Shown: piece by piece, positions 16,336 through 17,603 of the stretch
Layout: each line of letters opens with the position of its first letter
Position numbering within the stretch: the stretch's first letter is position 1
Virus record (IMG/VR): IMGVR_UViG_2711768068_000022
Strand: one strand, 5' to 3'
DNA length: 17,603 nt
Source of the DNA: a virus
Lineage: Duplodnaviria; Heunggongvirae; Uroviricota; Caudoviricetes
The notes under the pieces: generated by a model
Told to the model about the DNA's origin: nothing
Seen by the model: only the letters and a program-made list of their open reading frames with translations
Database searches by the model: none
Position numbers and translations under genes: made by a program

Positions 16336-16373
16336 TTATCCAGTATGCGCATACTGAAAAAACACGAAAAAAA

Positions 16374-17603
16374 TTATTTTATTCTGGTTACTGGTAGCGT
16401 GGTTACGTTTTCATGTGTTCCCGCCAGTATCTCCAACCGCTCCACCCACATATCAAGCGCATTGCGTTTCGCATCAATATAGCGGGAATGGTTGTACACG
16501 CGTTGCATTCCTGGCATCTGGTGGCCTGTAAGCTGCTCCACGACGTGAGGATCAACGCCTAAATCGTTCAGCATGGTTGTAAAGGTGCGCCGGATGTCAT
16601 GCAATGACCATTGAGGGTGTTTTAGCCTCCTGTGCGCTAATCTGCCGTACTGCGATACGCTGGTTTCCTGTTTCACTTCCCCCAGCAATAAGCCCGTGTG
16701 CCTGTTCTGCTCCACCAGCTGCGTGACGAACGGCAGTATCGCTTCCGGTATGGGCCGGAATATGGCTACCTTCGTTTTGCTGTGCTCCTTCGGAACGGTC
16801 CAGAGCATTTCGGTAAAATCCCACTCGCCGATCTCCGATAACCTCAGTTCTACTGTTCGGCATCCGAAAACAATCAGGAGGCGGATTAGTGCGACGTAGT
16901 AAGGGGAAAATATTTTTTTGTCCAGTGCCTGCAATAATTCGCCAAGTTCTTTGTTACTTAAGACACGCTCGCTTATATCCGGTTTTTTCCCAACGTCCGC
17001 CACACTCATATCATCAAGAACGTTGCTGATTGCATAGCGCCGCTTCCTGCAGAACTTAAGCGCCTGCTTGCATGTCTGTAGCAGGAACCCGGCGGAAACA
17101 GGGGCTTTCTTTGCCACCCGATCAAAACAGGCCAGCCAGTGCCGTAGCTCGCATTTATCCAGCGGCATAGGGCCAATGTGCTGTATTACGTGATTATTTA
17201 GCCGCTTTTTCAGTGGGTCATAATCCACACGGTTTTCCTTTGCGTACGACTCAAGCCAGTAGGTGAGCGCATCGCCAACCGTTACCGGCTTTAACGCTTC
17301 CTGTACGGTGTAATTCATTTCATGACGTGGATTTTTCCCCTCTGCCAGCCATGCGCGACACTGGGCGGCTTTTTCCCTGGCTGATTTCAGGCTCAGATCA
17401 GGATAATTTCCCAGCTTAATGCGTTCCGGTGGTGCCCCCCTTCCCGTTCCGGCCCTGTAAGTGAAATACCAGGTTAAAAGGCCACTGGTTGAATGCCTGA
17501 CGCTCAGGTTTCCACCGTCATTAAGAAAGGCTGTTTTTTGGGCGGGTGTGCCGTTGATTTTCCTCAGCTGTGTATCGCTCAGTTTGTTAAGTGCTCTGCT
17601 CAT
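16374..17603 (-). CDS. int: Tyrosine site-specific integrase (P4-type)
   Basis: 409-aa ORF; C-terminal catalytic motifs (HDIRRT, LTGH, Y in RVYNHSRY); ATG start is the last three bases of the window, so the adjacent att site is outside it. Confidence 0.92.
   Translation of the reverse strand: MSRALNKLSDTQLRKINGTPAQKTAFLNDGGNLSVRHSTSGLLTWYFTYRAGTGRGAPPERIKLGNYPDLSLKSAREKAAQCRAWLAEGKNPRHEMNYTVQEALKPVTVGDALTYWLESYAKENRVDYDPLKKRLNNHVIQHIGPMPLDKCELRHWLACFDRVAKKAPVSAGFLLQTCKQALKFCRKRRYAISNVLDDMSVADVGKKPDISERVLSNKELGELLQALDKKIFSPYYVALIRLLIVFGCRTVELRLSEIGEWDFTEMLWTVPKEHSKTKVAIFRPIPEAILPFVTQLVEQNRHTGLLLGEVKQETSVSQYGRLAHRRLKHPQWSLHDIRRTFTTMLNDLGVDPHVVEQLTGHQMPGMQRVYNHSRYIDAKRNALDMWVERLEILAGTHENVTTLPVTRIK

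Larger units (their letters stand above)
1900..17603. mobile_element. Integrated phage satellite, cf-PICI-like (capsid and packaging genes, no tail or lysis genes); right end runs off the window, left boundary approximate
   Basis: Contiguous block of integrase, AlpA, replication ATPase plus iterons, and HK97-type head/terminase genes, all but the RHH modules on the minus strand. Begins after the host gene phoQ; TGTCAC site array at 1979-2013 near the left end. Confidence 0.7.

Noticed and set aside
1-17603. tRNA, rRNA or tmRNA gene as the integration target
   Set aside because: No cloverleaf-like, highly structured GC-rich 75-90-nt segment was recognised by eye at either end; the int-proximal att site lies outside the window. 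A tRNAscan/ARAGORN run is needed to be certain.

Overview
The window opens with an Escherichia/Shigella-type phoQ (1-1461, +) and is then occupied to its right edge by an integrated element of at least 15.6 kb. Read on the minus strand from the right edge, the element carries: a P4-type tyrosine integrase, an AlpA-family regulator, a replication module (RecA-fold replication ATPase with an iteron origin at its 3' end, an SSB, a PerC-like regulator), and a complete HK97-type head and packaging module (major capsid, prohead protease, portal, two head-tail joining proteins, HNH endonuclease, TerS, TerL). No tail, tail-fibre, baseplate or lysis gene is present. My best reading is a capsid-forming phage satellite (cf-PICI-like island) that builds and fills its own small capsids and must take tails from a helper phage. 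Between alpA and the replication genes there is an unusual, internally repeated region: two diverged copies of an Arc-like RHH two-gene module on the plus strand with a near-identical 45-bp intergenic element, and a tandem family of small paralogous ORFs on the minus strand. Other points of interest are 10-bp-phased TGTCAC site arrays near the left end and around alpA/int, a G10 tract inside a CDS, and a single gene insulated by two identical terminator hairpins. All calls rest on reading the sequence and the supplied ORF track; no database search or folding was run, so family assignments are from recalled motifs and should be confirmed by HMM/BLAST.
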